Positions 14,820 to 29,139 of a DNA stretch of 64,000 nt are shown here, piece by piece (the stretch's first letter is position 1; the number at the start of each line of letters is the position of its first letter). Source of the DNA: Trichoplax adhaerens. Lineage: Eukaryota > Animalia > Placozoa. Made by a program: the position numbers and the translations under genes. Below the pieces are notes generated by a model. The model was not told the origin of the DNA. It was given only the letters and a program-made list of their open reading frames with translations, and did not search any database. The stretch covers positions 700,328 through 764,327 of the forward strand of contig NW_002060951.1 of the NCBI RefSeq assembly GCF_000150275.1, written 5' to 3'.

Positions 14820-15610
14820 TTCAAATTGTTATTTTTGAAACTTTTTTTGTTATTTACATTTTTCCTCTTGTTCAATGGACGACTACTAAGCGCTAGACTA
14901 CTTGGTACCTAGCAAATGACTTGACGTCATACTAATGATGATGGCGTATTTAGAAGCGAAAGCCAATTTTTAAAATATCTGCCGTGCTGCCACAAGCAAT
15001 GTCAGGAATTTTAATAACATCCCCTTTGCATAATTTATCCTTTAATGACGCAAAATTGCTACGTTGAACGAAACAGGTTGATTACAGGTTCTGTCATTTT
15101 TTAAAGTTGCCATAGATGACATTTGATATAAAAGACATGATACAAATTGGAGATGGGAGGTGCGTCCTCTTTCTATAGGCTTATTCGAAAGTGTAATTGA
15201 CTGACGAACTCACGAGAATCCTAATTGTGAAAAATCATCTTCAATCAATATTGAAATTGGATATAATCAGATCCATTTCGGAAGATCCAAGGTGAATAAC
15301 CATACTTGGATACTTATTCCACAGTTTAATTAAAATACAATAATTAAATTATTGTCTGTTTTCGGATGGAAACATAGATTAATAAAAATTTAGTGCGGCA
15401 TAGGATATCATTAATCGCAGGAGTACGTATGGCTAAATGTTGAACAGCGTAGCTTTAATAGATAGAAAAATAACATGGCATCCAATTTCTATATGATTTA
15501 TGATAGCATCGACATCATCACTTTGATAATTACGCGTATAATAGATCTGCCCTGATATATCATTTGTAAAACCAACAATGACAGCGCTTAGAGTCAAGCT
15601 AATCTGTCCA
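14820..15610 (-). pseudogene. Possible decayed class I SAM-dependent methyltransferase fragment
   Basis: Minus strand reads LKDKLCKGDVIKIPDIACGSTADILK (motif I-like DIACG at ~15003-14989), then after a frameshift LAFASKYA, then H*YDVKSFA (motif II-like). Multiple stops and frameshifts. Confidence 0.3.
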
Positions 15611-15616
15611 AAACTA

Positions 15617-15666
15617 NNNNNNNNNNNNNNNNNNNNNNNNNNNNNNNNNNNNNNNNNNNNNNNNNN
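15617..15666. other. Assembly gap (50 N)
   Basis: Run of N characters. Confidence 1.
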
Positions 15667-17904
15667 AAATTGTTGATTAGACTCTTTTTCAATGATTGAT
15701 ATCATCATTTATTAAGATCGACCTATGAATAGTATAAATTAGTCAACATTCGAGTATATAGAGATTAAAACATTCGATTCATCGCTGTATTAGATATAAA
15801 ATCACTAGATTTAGTTTAATCGTGATTTGGTCCTTTATTTGCTATGATATTTAGTAGTATCATCTAATATTACATCACATATGTAAATAAGGCTGTTGTT
15901 TACAGTTATTTCATTAAATTGTCTCCATCAGTATCCGTAGTAAAGGTATCGTACCTTATAGAGAGTCAAGCAGTAATCAATTCCTACGATGAATAATAAT
16001 CAAAATAATGGCCACAAATACACAAATCTTGTCACGAGACATGACTAACCTGATATATGAAGAAGAAGCCATGGTCATTTTAATATTCTTATCGCCAATA
16101 ACATTTAAGGAGAGTTATCGTTCAATTTGATGGGGTCTAGAGTATTATGATTTATTCAGTATGATGTCAACGATTTGGCTTTCATGCTGTCTACTAGCAA
16201 TCAACGACAGTGTTTTATCCGAATAGTGCATGATTGTTATTATTTGCACTTTATGCTAGGGTTTGAACAAAAACACGCTATCAATAATTTTAGAATAGAT
16301 TGTATAATTAGCCGCCTTAGAGCTATTTAACGTCGCGTTGAAATGAATGGTTTGTGATGCTATTAATTATTTTATAAATGAAACGGCTTACATCATTTTT
16401 GGATAAAAAATGCCAGTAATAATTCTATTCTATACTGCTTCCTATTATCAATTTACATTATCACAATTTAGTCTAAATTATGATAATCTGCAATTTCCCT
16501 AGTCCACTGCAGACCCTGAATTGGCAAATGGTATCCTTATATGCAGAAGTGTTACCCGTAATACTAACTGAAATGATTAAGACGCTGCCACACTAACATT
16601 GTCTAAATATTTTATCATGTTATTATTTACGTTTTGGATTGATAAAATATATATCCTATTAGTAAATCATACCAGTACACCCTACTATAGTTGAAATAAT
16701 TAGTCACTGCTGTAATTTACGCCATTGGCATTCATATTAAATCTGTTACCTTGTCACACACCACTAGTGACAAAGTAGTCTACACACGCCAATCCTTGCG
16801 TAGAACGCCACTTACTAACTTAAAGAGGCGAGATTAGCTATATCACCAAATAATTCAGTTCCAACAACCGAATACTATGGTATAATTATAGCGTCACAGA
16901 TGATGTAGACGAGATAGTCAGAGATTTACTATCATTTATTACTGAAGGAATCTTGGCACCCAAGATTATAGTCTTTACAATTAAATATCAATTGAAAAAC
17001 TAGTTGACTATCTAACCGACTAACGAACTAAAAAAGGAATCTTCAGGCACCAGCCTTTTATAGTCTCGTCAGAAACTCCTGGTAACATACCTACAAATAT
17101 ATAGCCATCAATATGAAAGTTAAATAATTCATTTGAGTGCTATCAAGCCGGCCAAAATAGCTATCTATGAGTCATTTTAAACCTTCATAACCAATAATAT
17201 CGTTTCATCAAAATAGCAAGCATTAGGAAAGAAAAGGGGTATATAGGTATTATTTTAAACCTTTGTCGTAATGATAAACGATGCAAAAAATAGCAACAGT
17301 GTCACTCTACACCCAATTATCGATTCTACGTAATGTTTACCTCTATCTATAGCTATTAACGAGAATTACCATGTGTAGAATTGTACATGATTTAAATGCA
17401 ATACAGCGATAACTAGATCTGCTATATCGACAATATCATTTGATCGACCTTACTATTAACTTATACTGTGTGTATGACACAGTAAATATTTTATATAAGA
17501 GCCCATTCCAGCAAAGATATTGCGTCAAATTCTCATTAAAATTATAACTAAATTTTGAAGATAAAATATGAGGATACTTTTATTGATTTAAAAAGAAGCA
17601 ACAATTTAATTAAAGTGACGACGTGAACCTTGAATTACGAAATCGCGTAAACACCTTATGGCAAACTCAATAGCAAACAATTTGGCCATTAGTATTGCCA
17701 CTGTAATGATAGGCCAACAATAATGCGTTAGATTCGTTCATTTGTTGGACTTGTATAACTACTATGGCTATTTAGAGCATAATAAAGGACTATTAGTGAA
17801 AGTTAAAGTAAATTCAGCTCAACTTGTATCATTATATTATGCCCATGCATCAATATACCGTCACTATTGTATGAAATTGTATCTACGGAAATTTGAATTA
17901 TTAC

Positions 17905-17928
17905 TATATATATATATATATATATATA
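17905..17928. repeat. (TA)12 microsatellite
   Basis: Direct reading of the sequence. Confidence 0.95.
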
Positions 17929-20900
17929 CATGTAATAGAATAGAAAATAATAAATTAAATGGTGGAAGTGCCACGGGTGTTACATTGCTTACTAGAACCA
18001 CTGGCAATGGTAAAAACACTAAAATTGACGCCACTTAATAATTTGCTATTGATTTAGCAATTGAATACTTTTAATCGAATGTAGACAGCATAAACAAGGT
18101 TGTTTCATGTAAATAAATCAAAGATCATTTAGTTTGACGCTCTTTCGAGCATAGTGTGTGTATATGCTTACTTTATTGTAAATAGCTACGACGCCATACA
18201 TTCAAGCTTTTCATCTACAAAATCAATTTTAATTATGACGACAGCAATGTGAGTACCGAAAAAATTTACTACATTTTGTTATTACCGGTTCTTAAAACTG
18301 ATGATGATCCAGTATCTACTCTTGGCATAACCAAAATAAGAAAACTAACTACAGAAACTTGTTAGGAATTCTTCATTAAAATACTTGATAGAATCAGCTA
18401 TAAAATATCTCAAGATTTCAGACTAATTTTTAATAGAAATCAAATAATAATTATGTTGTCATTGTGCAATCATTAAGAAAGTCAGGACAGGAATAAAATT
18501 TTTGTCTTAGATAGCTTTAAACATTACTGTTAAAATATCAATAGGGCTGTTAAAGTACGCTGGAAGTCTAACCAAGTAACTACCAGACCATGCAATTAAA
18601 AATATACAAATAGCTTATGCAAAAGTATTTAGCCAATTTAGCTCAAAAACAATTTTATTACTTAACTTCTAATCTCAGCAGTTGCTAATTCTAAATTAGC
18701 ATTATTCTTGCCCTAGCCTCTATCAAATTATACCACACCTATTCAGCTAGTAGAAATTATCTATAAGGAATTTCTTAAGCATACGTCGTATAGTGCTTTA
18801 TTTTACATTAAAAGTACACCCTCAAACACATTACAGGTGTAATCAGCTGAAATCACTACACCAATTCAATTTTACAGTTTTACCAACAACAATTTCAATT
18901 CGGTACTGGTACTTCCAATCACAAATTCAAGCCCTTTTATAGTAATTATGCTCAAGTGTATCAGTTTAGCTACTATTTTGAAAGTTCTTGAAGGGCTTGA
19001 GATTATTCATACAGTTCCGAACTTCCAATGTTGCATGTTCTATATACTTGTAAAGCATATCTGTTATTATATTTTTACCTCAACGACAGTAAATCAAATT
19101 AGCTATGATAGGATTTCATTAAGATATAAAAACATGTGTTTTGCTAGTCTTTGTAAAATATTCCACGAATAGATTTGATATTACTCTTATTTATCTATGA
19201 TTAGACATTGATTAACAGGATTTGAAATACTCCTTTCGATTCAAATTTGGTCAATCATATTACATATGCCATACGTACTGATCCACTTGATAAAAGATGA
19301 GTCTGTCTATGAATTTCACGATAGGAAAGAATTACTAGGAAAGATAATTTCAGTTTATCTTTCTACCCTTTATTCTGTATGGATTTTATTCTAAAAAGAC
19401 TTAATTATAGGATGATACCATAATATACGGGTACTCCTGCATTTACCAAAGAAGGATAATACCTGAGACTGCCAATTCATAGGTATACTAGGCAACATCA
19501 ATATGAATAAGTGTTCGTGCTGTGCCTATTTATTGGCAGAAAATGTGTAGTAAATATCCTAAATTAGTATACAAAAGGGCTATTACCAAATCTTCGATCC
19601 TATGATTCTTATCAATTTGTAAATATGTACTATTGTATATCGTTTGGTATAGATTCTATAGTTTAATAGATAATTTAGATTAATTCAATCAGCCAAAACT
19701 TAATCAAAATAATATAAGCGGACGAATAAGTTGTTTATTAAACTTTTTCTTCCCCTGTCTTTCCTATTAAACTGTGAATATTGCCGAATACTGTGTAATT
19801 TTGAATAATTTCAATAGGATATGACGTACTATAAACCACAGTAATTAATCAGATAAATTGTTATCTGAATGTTATTGGTAAAGGTGCAATTATCGAATTT
19901 TTGATGTTAGATTACATTTCTTACACTAGCTGAATTACTATACAAGTCACATAGGCTAACTATTAGGATAATTTCACACAAAATATTACAAATCCAATAT
20001 TTTATTAGACTAATGACAGTATTCACGGGTAATGGGCTTAAAAACTAAATTCTATCATCTCCGTATACTAGCTACGGCTTAAAATAAAGTAGACTAATTA
20101 AATCAGACTTACTATGATCAAAGTACTACAGCTATGCCGCGCTAGTTATTTAAATGTTAACCCTGAGCAACTTGTTAACTGTAGGTAGCGTGCCTTACTT
20201 GTTCGATGTGGTCTAGATATCTGAATAAGTAATGTAGGCTAATTCAATCTGATTCATCCTCGTTTTTAAAATTAGAGAAACTTCCTTTGTAGATACCTTA
20301 ATGTTCAATATTATTTAAACAAGAATCCCATTATTTATAGATGATTGCAAAATGATATCATAGTTTTTGTTGTCTTTTAGTACCAACTTCTGGTACAATC
20401 AGGGATGTATTTTAATTCTGGCGAAGATAGTAGCTGTAAATGGTATTCAACAGAGACTATTTGAAAAGTCAAAAGCTGCTGTAAAATGATATAAAAGTTG
20501 CTAGTATTTAGTAGCAGCCTGAATGGAGATGAATTTCAACTCAAATACTAGAATAGCTGAATAGGAATTTTCGCATTTATCTTCTATAACTTTCAAAACT
20601 TATTATTGCATCAGCTATATGCTTTATATCAATGATAACTGAAGCATCTTCTAATTGTCTGTATATGCATACAATAAATAATGATAGTATCCAATACAAT
20701 ATCAGTCTTTCTCTTCTTAACTGTCTGTACTGACAGATAAACAGAAATTCTATCCTACTATTATTAGTCTATGTGTCTTCTACCAAAGTCCTTTATCCAT
20801 TTATTTTTAGCGCGGAGCGAAGGCTTTTCATAGTTATCAATAAAAGACACAAAAATATTTTTATTTTCTACCCTTCATCAAATATTGAAGTATCTGTCAA

Positions 20901-22344
20901 ATAAAGTGAATTAGAAAAAATTTATCCTAGTTACCGAAATGTATATCCTTACTTAGTGAATATTAAAATAATAAATTCATTTTAGTAACCATCAACTACG
21001 TATGTATTTGACGCAGTTGCCAGGCAAATAGACGATATCGTGTTGCAATAATATTGCTGCAGCCAAAAGATCACTTTGGATACAATTCTTGGTGATATGA
21101 CCTCCTAAGGTGAGAAGAATATACTGTATGATTGATATTCAACTTTGAAAATCAATATTCCTATTCTCTTTAATTAAATCGATATAAATGGTCAAAAAGA
21201 ATACAGCAGCAAGAACGATAGAATGTATAAACATATAGACATTATCATGACATCAGAGAGAGAGCTAATAATCCATTAAAATGTGCAACTGTTATTATAA
21301 TATTTGAATGAATTGCGAGATTTTCATTGAATATCGTAGTTGATCTAAAACATGGATCACTAAAGTGCTTTGTTGGAGTCAATATATTTCATTAAAGTTT
21401 TAAGGACTGCACCTGTCTGAAAATAAAAAATTTTAATTGTTCCCAAAGGTAAATACTGTACTTTACTGTATCAGAATTACATCTTTGATAAATGTTACAC
21501 CGATGCTATTTTTCTTTACCAATGTAGTAGATTCAAATATTGATTAAGCATTCGTCTATGAAAGCAGAACGTCAACGGTATTTCCTGCGTATAGTTATAT
21601 CGTTACGATATTGTATAGCAGCAACAATATCCTTCTTTCTTCAAATCGCTAAAATAAATAGGCATTTATCCAATAACTATTGATGTTATTGTTATTGTTG
21701 CTATTAATAAATACAAACCTATGTAACGTTGCCTTACTCCATCAGAACTTATTTACCATCTAGATAATTAGCGTTTAATTAACATAAAATATTAAATACA
21801 CTTCAACAGAATTACCTGTCTTTAAATTGGTCTAATCAGTAAGCATATCCAAAATATTAAAATAAGTTTCACCCTTAAGTTGAACATAATGGTATGTCGT
21901 AAATTATTTCTACGGCCTAGGGTTGACTAATCGTGTAGTAAAAATATTACTTACTAGTATTATGCTGATAGTACCTAGTAACATATATTAGTGAATACAT
22001 TTCTCGTCGCTCCTTTGCTTTTATTTTAGTATTATCTTTAAAATATGTCATAATTTATTTATAAGGGATCGTCTTAATTCATGTATTATAGATAAGGTGA
22101 TTACCAATAAATTGCTTCCATTGCTGGAGATAAGTTGCTAATTGATTCCATTCGTTTATTTGACCTCTTCTTGCCGTATTGGCACCGATTATATTACCAA
22201 TGATCTTCTGGACCAGACAAATTTCTCGTCAATCAACGCCCAATTTTCTACAATCGACCGCGGCTCAATCCATCTCTTTCATTCTTCTTGGCTTTCTCCA
22301 AAATTTCTTCGGCAAAGACATCTTGTTCAGTTATCAATATAATT

Positions 22345-23793
22345 ATGGCCGATGTATTCAATGATTCAATTGCTACATCATCCAATCTTCAATGGTTTAT
22401 CAATACTTCCACAATTATACCGAGCGAAATTTATACCAGAATTGGACCAAATCAGCCAATTAATCCTAATCCTAATGTTAATGTCAAACCTTCCAATAGT
22501 AATGATGGCATACCATCAGATACGTTGTTACTAATCATACTCAGCTCTATTTTAGCTGTTACTAATATTGTAACAAACATTTTAACATTAGCCTTAATCT
22601 TAACACGACGACATCTTCGAACTGTGGCTAATACTATCATTGCTAGCATGTTCGTCTGTCATTTATTTTATTCCTTTTTCTATACTATTCCTTATGTTGT
22701 TTTTAAAAGCCTTGAAATGACCGGTCGCCCCAGACTCAGCCATGCCAGCAATATTTACTGTCAAATGCTTATCTTTGTCCTTCCTAATGTCTTCTCTGTA
22801 AATATGAATTTTCATATTTGCGCTATCGCTATGGAACGGTTTATAAGCATTTCGGCACCATTTTGGTACCAAGATGTTATCTTAAACTGGAAAAGTATCG
22901 TATTTGTCACTGCTGGGCTTATATGGTTATTATCACTTTTGATTGGGTTCTATCCCTATCTTGATGGTCTCTATATCTGGCAACCACACGCTTGTGTTCC
23001 AGGTGTAGATCCTGCAACAGCTCGATATTTAATTCCGTGGAATATCTTTATTACAGTATTTCGATCTGCTCTTCCTCTTGTATTTATATGCATATTTTAT
23101 TGGAGAATCTATCGTATTGCTAAGCGAAAAACGATTGAATTAGTAAATCCTCATCCAAATAGCCCAAGGCAAACTGGTAGTGCGTATAAGGCTGCCAAAG
23201 TGATTGCAGTCATTATTGGTGTTTTTATTGTTTGTAAATTACCAAGGGATATAACTAATTTAATTCGTACATTTGATCATAGCATTGGAAGACAGGAGAT
23301 CTTACAAAGATTGCGATATTGGTGTGAATTTGTTGGCATTAACCTTAGTTCGTCAATTAATCCTTTATTGTATACCTACTTGAATAATTCATTCAGAAAG
23401 GAGCTGAAATTATTAATTCGACGCTACAAAATCAGAAGAGATAGATCCTATTTGTCAACGAAAGAAAAACCAACTCAAGCAAGACGTAGAATACGCTCCA
23501 GCAAGAAAGCTGAGTCTGTGCTCTTAAAGAAACAAAATAAAGCCAGTAATTATGAAATTGCCACTGGCAGTTATCAAAATGGAAGCTTAAAAACGACGGA
23601 TATTATCGTCAACCGAACCAGCACTACTTTTAGATTGGAAAAATCACAATCATCTACCAATAAATTTTCAACTCAGGAAAAGATTTATGCTCAATATGAC
23701 CTATTTCTTAATAATAATCATCCTCTAGATCATCATACAAGTGATGACTATTTCGGTTTAGAGAACAACTATCATTGTGAAACCGTAGTCTAA
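22345..23793 (+). CDS. Rhodopsin-like (class A) orphan GPCR, single coding exon, paralog 2 (482 aa from first ATG)
   Basis: 7TM with ERF at the end of TM3, GLIWLL, FIVCKLPRD, NPLLY, SFRKEL. Closely similar to 2927-4405 across TM1-helix 8; ends in ETVV. The ORF track starts at a TTG (22288); the first in-frame ATG is 22345. Confidence 0.95.
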   Translation: MADVFNDSIATSSNLQWFINTSTIIPSEIYTRIGPNQPINPNPNVNVKPSNSNDGIPSDTLLLIILSSILAVTNIVTNILTLALILTRRHLRTVANTIIASMFVCHLFYSFFYTIPYVVFKSLEMTGRPRLSHASNIYCQMLIFVLPNVFSVNMNFHICAIAMERFISISAPFWYQDVILNWKSIVFVTAGLIWLLSLLIGFYPYLDGLYIWQPHACVPGVDPATARYLIPWNIFITVFRSALPLVFICIFYWRIYRIAKRKTIELVNPHPNSPRQTGSAYKAAKVIAVIIGVFIVCKLPRDITNLIRTFDHSIGRQEILQRLRYWCEFVGINLSSSINPLLYTYLNNSFRKELKLLIRRYKIRRDRSYLSTKEKPTQARRRIRSSKKAESVLLKKQNKASNYEIATGSYQNGSLKTTDIIVNRTSTTFRLEKSQSSTNKFSTQEKIYAQYDLFLNNNHPLDHHTSDDYFGLENNYHCETVV

Positions 23794-26191
23794 TTTCCAA
23801 CATATACGTATGCCCTTCCATTTTTCCTTCATCTGGATCTAAATTAATATTTAATTACAGGCAGCTTCTAATGATCACTTTAGCACATTATTAGTTCAAT
23901 CTCAATGGCAAGCTATAACGATATTTTATTAATAAAAGTAAATGAAGACACTTGATGGGCTTATAAAATTTTAATTTTCATCCGGCCTGCTCTTATTAAT
24001 AAATTTCCTTATCTTAATTAGCTTATACTTATTTCCTGATGTACTATACAATGTGATCGTCAAGGTGTTATTATCTCCATATAATCTTTCGAATCTTTTA
24101 AATTTATAAATGTATTTACAAATTATTAGAAAGCGAATTAACTTGCTATGTGATCACCAATTTGTAATATTCGAACAAGTTTTTAATCACTAACGCAAGT
24201 GACCGAAGCTATCTTTACATTGTATAATAATGCAGAAAGCAAAATTGAAACATATCGATTGGTAAACAAGCTCTCGTATGTCAAATTCTTTTATTTATAT
24301 CTTATTAACGAACTTATTTATTGCTTAAATTTAACGATTACTTCAGCCATTGGAATTATTATAACAATACTAGGTAGAAATTATTTTAACTTAAATTCTT
24401 TCTCGACTACTATGTACATTTCAAGAGGACAGGGTAGTTGTATAAAGTGATTGTAACTTTCGCATTTTTCTGATAAAATCCATTAATATAGTTTTAATTC
24501 TGGTCGGACCCAGGATACTTGCATTGCACCCTATGTTTCTATACTTTTTAAATTTCGCAATCCTACAATTTACTCATTTATCATACTACTTGATTGATAA
24601 GTTGCTATTGTCACTGAATAGATCGAAATAAGTCATTTAAATGTTTTGGCTATTATATGAAAAACATAGCTGGCAATGTAATCCAATTTGTAACCGTCAG
24701 TTAATATGCATTTATGATAACATTTCCCATCATTGTCGATAATAATTATTGCTATAGACTTGGATAGACTAGGCAATACTATAAAAGAGACGTTATTGCA
24801 ACAAATCATAATAGTCGTTTAATTAAGTTATACATACGTTCAGATCATTCGGCTAGATGTAATCAAATACAACGGACAACCTCGAAGAATTTCTGATAGA
24901 TACATATCTCATGCATTTCAGTTTTATCCTATTCGTTCAATATATAACATTAATGGCCGCTAAATAGATTTTTGATTTAATGCTATAAATTTTTTGGACG
25001 CATCTGATAGTGAATAATTATAATCAAGACAATAACAATTTCTATGTTATTGTTGGAATAGGTAAGAGTGACGTAATGGTTACAGTCTACTTACAAGTAG
25101 TAATTAATTAGCTGATTACAGGATCCGCTAGCATTAATATTGTTATTACTCTCAAATGATGTTAGATGGTTTACGCTATAGGGCTTGCTGGTGTATTTAG
25201 CCAAATAGTATTCGTGATGTAGAGAAATACATAAAGATTTTTGGGATAATACTCTAGTAGTCTACAACTTTACATAATAGCAAAGGATTGTAGGAAATAG
25301 TGAAGACTGTAGACTTACCAGTGTAAGTGCTTTAAATAACTAAACACAACAAGTTATATTTGAACGTATTACAATAAGACTACAAAAATATCCGTATTTA
25401 AGAATAATATAAAATGATTATATTTTAAGAATATCTATATTAGTTACAGTATAATCTAAAAATACTACAGTATTCCAAGTACGTGATCGCAGTACGCCTA
25501 TCATTACCTACGGTAAAATTCTCGTATACTGTACTGTGAATTTATTCCGCATCGATGATCTGATGCATCGACAATCTTTATTTGCTTACTTTGAGCAATA
25601 GAGGATTCATTAGCTTACTGTAGCCATGATTTGAAAACACCAATACAGCATTAATGATATCATTCCAGCTTTAAACTATGCGGTAAGTAGTTCCCAACTC
25701 AAATATCTACAGTAAATTAAAGACAGTGGCCGCAGTTGTATTATACAAGTAATTTGCCACTTTGCCTTGATATAAATCAGTATTCTAAAGCTAAAATCTA
25801 CAAGTTTGCAAATTGTGTTACAAGTGAAGATTTATTTGCAGTATACAGTATATTGGTTTATCTGGAAATAACAAATTCAGATAACAGACAGAACTTTAAC
25901 TATATATGCTTAAACTATTTACATAAGGTTAAGCTGTCTTTAACATCTAAAACACTTGACTATTAAAAGTCAACGACATAGTAGCGACAACTTCACCATC
26001 GACCTAAAAGATCTGGATAAATGGACAGGGGAAAAAATAGCAGTGATCAGAAACTTGTTAACTTGAGAAGTTACAATGGCATTATAGGTAGATATAATGC
26101 AGTTGTATCAAAAATTCGATATGATAGAAATACATATTTCTAAAATAGCATTAAATATCGTGTTACGTTAGGACTAAATATAAGCACAATA

Positions 26192-28932
26192 TTAGCTTTC
26201 CATTTCAACTTCTTCAACTTCCATCTCGTCACCACCAGCGTTATCGCTTGCAATGATATTATCAGGATATTGGCCAGCTTTCAGCATCACTTCCAGTCGT
26301 TGTACTTCTTCTAAAGTATTAGCTTTAGCAATAGCTTCCTATGATAAATACACAGCATGGTCCATTGCAGTACTATATCATTATTATATTGCAGTTTAAC
26401 TTACTAAGGGAAATAAATGCATTAACGATTTCACTTTCAATTAAACAGAGAGAAATTACTAGTCGGTCACCTTGATAGCATTCGCATGAGAGTTTGTAAC
26501 GGCAGCCTTAGCCTCCTCAAGTTTTTCCCCAGGCATAAATCTGAACATTGTTTTATAAAGAGCAATTTTAATGATATTCAGTCAATAGAATCATAGTTTG
26601 TCTGCTAAAAACGTAAAATTAAACAAGGTTTTATTTCACCAACGTTTTACTCTTTTTGCCAATTTCATTCAGTAAATCTTTTCCCTGAGAACCTGCAAAT
26701 AATTTCTCAGCTGCGATGCGCTCCTAAGACGTAATCGGTGTGATCAATAGTATATATAACACTACTAATGATTATATCTGTAAGTTCCGATTTAAACTAG
26801 TGACATTAGTTTACAATATTTATGTGTCCCGACCGCAATTAAAAATTTAACTAATATGCGGTAAATATCTTTACCTAGCTATGCAAATATCTGGTGATAA
26901 TTTAAGGAGCTTACCTTTTCCTTTACTTTTAGAAAGTCGAGCAATTTAATGTGTGGCAGTTTGTAGATAACGTAAAGTCGATAATGTTTTTTATTTGCAA
27001 TAGGATTCTTCAATAAGCTATATAACAAACGCGATATATGGGTAGGTTAACGTTGCAAGAGTTACAATTAAGCCAAGGATTTCGCTTGATGCATTAAAAC
27101 ATTAAGGGTATCATTGAACATGCTAAGTTATAAAACATGAAGCTATATAATTTTACTGCACACAAAATATTTCGCATAATTTACCACAGAGACTTGAGTG
27201 TTTTAACCGTCGACAAAGGTTCAATATCTCCCTAAATGGTATGCAAATCAATTTAACAATTTTTTGGTCTGAAAATCTGAAATTTGCCTTAACTAGCAAA
27301 GTAAAATAACTGATACTTTGTACATATTTACTAAGGCGACAATTTATATCAAACTACACGTACATGATTTCGATTTGTCAATAGGATACCATTTACTCTA
27401 TACGAGCATTACAACTGCAACGCAAAAACTAGACCTACCAATTCCTGCATATTGTTGCAAGTTAAAATAAGTTCTTCCAGCATAGGGAGACTATCTTCTA
27501 AATTAGAACCGATACGACTACAATAAAAATAAATAAATAATATTTTAAAATCATAATGTATTCACGCTTCTATATACTGTACTGTACTTAAAATGACCGA
27601 ATCTCTCACTTGGAATAACTACAACTAATACCATTACGTAAGATTACTGTAAATTTAGTACTGTGACTAGTTATGCATCAATGATACAACTAATGATCAT
27701 ACCATAGTTGATTGTTATTCAATAGGATACATTTCAGTCTACGTAGCAGCGGAAACCCTTCTAATTTCCTAATTCCATTATCCGAGAAATCAATGGTATC
27801 GAATTGATCCTATCATTAAGATTTAAGTTCAACTTTAAAAGTTGTTTCTTATAGCAGATTGCTATCATATCAATATGGTGAAGAGCAAGCAATTGTCCAT
27901 CACATATCCTATCCTAAGTGATTATAATTATAATGTTACCGTCCAAGTACAAAATCTAGTCCATTCGCGAAATGCCTAGTATAATATCATGATATAAGAG
28001 TACACTACCAAAATTTCTAAGTCTAATACATTAATTATTGATTAATAGCGGAAATGTTGTATGTAATTGAGTAAGATATATGACAAGGCTGCATTTGCCA
28101 TAGCAATTAACAACTAAGAATGCAGATATATCGATATTTTATACAGTAGCACAAACAAATCTCGACTATAACTATTGTACGATATGTACAAATACCAGTA
28201 GTACAGTACAGTATGTTGTAAAATAGTAATACATCATCGGCGATAATGGATTGTCTTACCAAAGTTGCTCCAAGGTTTTCTAAAATAGTAATCCGATTAC
28301 CTAACATTGAACAAGAAATAGCGGCTGTCAGAAATCCAATTGGTATTAAAGTAAGAAAATTGAGAGCTTTCATCAATAATAAAATTATATAATAGATCCA
28401 ATGCAAGACTAGAGCAATGCACATTAACGTGGATAATTGATTTTACTACGAACTACAGAAAAATAATCATCCAAGATTATAATGAAAAGAGAAGAATCTC
28501 TTCAAGAATTCAGGTGTTGCTGATACTATATGGAAATCAATACGCTGTACAAGATTATAAAAATTAAACCGGATTGAGCTTTACAGCTTTCAAATAGGCT
28601 TCCTTGTAGGTAGTATACATTATATTGACTTGATGACACAAGGCCAACATGCAGTTTTTCAACATGAATTGATCGACTGATGTTGTAGTCATTGCACCAA
28701 TCACTGTAGACATTTGAGCAAATTATCCTCCATAATATACAATATCTTACGAAATCAAAGTATTATCTGATACTGTAAATACAACTTTGCAATTCAAGCT
28801 CTCACTATCTTGTACAGTAGCCAACGATTGCTGTAGTAGATTGAACCAACCTCGAAGATCTAACTCTCGATCTTTGACAGCGTTGGTAAATTGCGGTGCC
28901 ATAGCAATTAAATCTGCAGTTAATTTAACCAT
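26192..28932 (-). CDS. SNRPA1: U2 snRNP protein A' (LRR protein), 9 exons, 251 aa
   Basis: Exons 28932-28851, 28300-28260, 27809-27703, 27517-27439, 27231-27185, 27017-26915, 26723-26644, 26540-26471, 26338-26192; all GT-AG and phase-compatible (756 nt). Protein MVKLTADLIAMAPQFTNAVKDRELDLRGNRITILENLGATLDQFDTIDFSDN...KKHYRLYVIYKLP...AIAKANTLEEVQRLEVMLKAGQYP matches U2A'. Confidence 0.97.
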
Positions 28933-28981
28933 GATGATTTAACGCACTGGAATTTTTTTATACAAAATTGTTGAAATAAAA

Positions 28982-29137
28982 GATTGGTCACAAAGACGGA
29001 GCCTCCTAGCTCAAATAGAGGACACAGCTTTTAATTGACGATGGAGCCTCGTAGCTTAAGTAGAGGACACAGCTTGGAGTTCACGATAGAGCCGAGTGGA
29101 AAATTCGACGAGTTCGCGCAAATCTCGTTGACCAATG
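28982..29137. promoter_or_regulatory. SNRPA1 proximal promoter / 5' region with two opposed CCAAT boxes
   Basis: gattggtca at ~28982 and tgaccaat at ~29129 flank a tandem repeat 50-200 bp upstream of the ATG; local CpG rise (ttcgcgcaaa). Function inferred only. Confidence 0.35.
28996..29093. repeat. 45-bp tandem repeat, ~2.2 copies
   Basis: acggagcctcctagctcaaatagaggacacagcttttaattgacg / atggagcctcgtagcttaagtagaggacacagcttggagttcacg / atagagcc. Confidence 0.9.
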
Positions 29138-29139
29138 GC

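Noticed and set aside
22288-22344. N-terminal extension of GPCR paralog 2 in the ORF track
   Set aside because: Begins at TTG; a eukaryotic gene most likely starts at the ATG at 22345.
2927-23793. GPCRs as opsins or aminergic receptors
   Set aside because: Position 7.43 is Tyr/Asn, not the retinal-binding Lys, and there is no Asp at 3.32.
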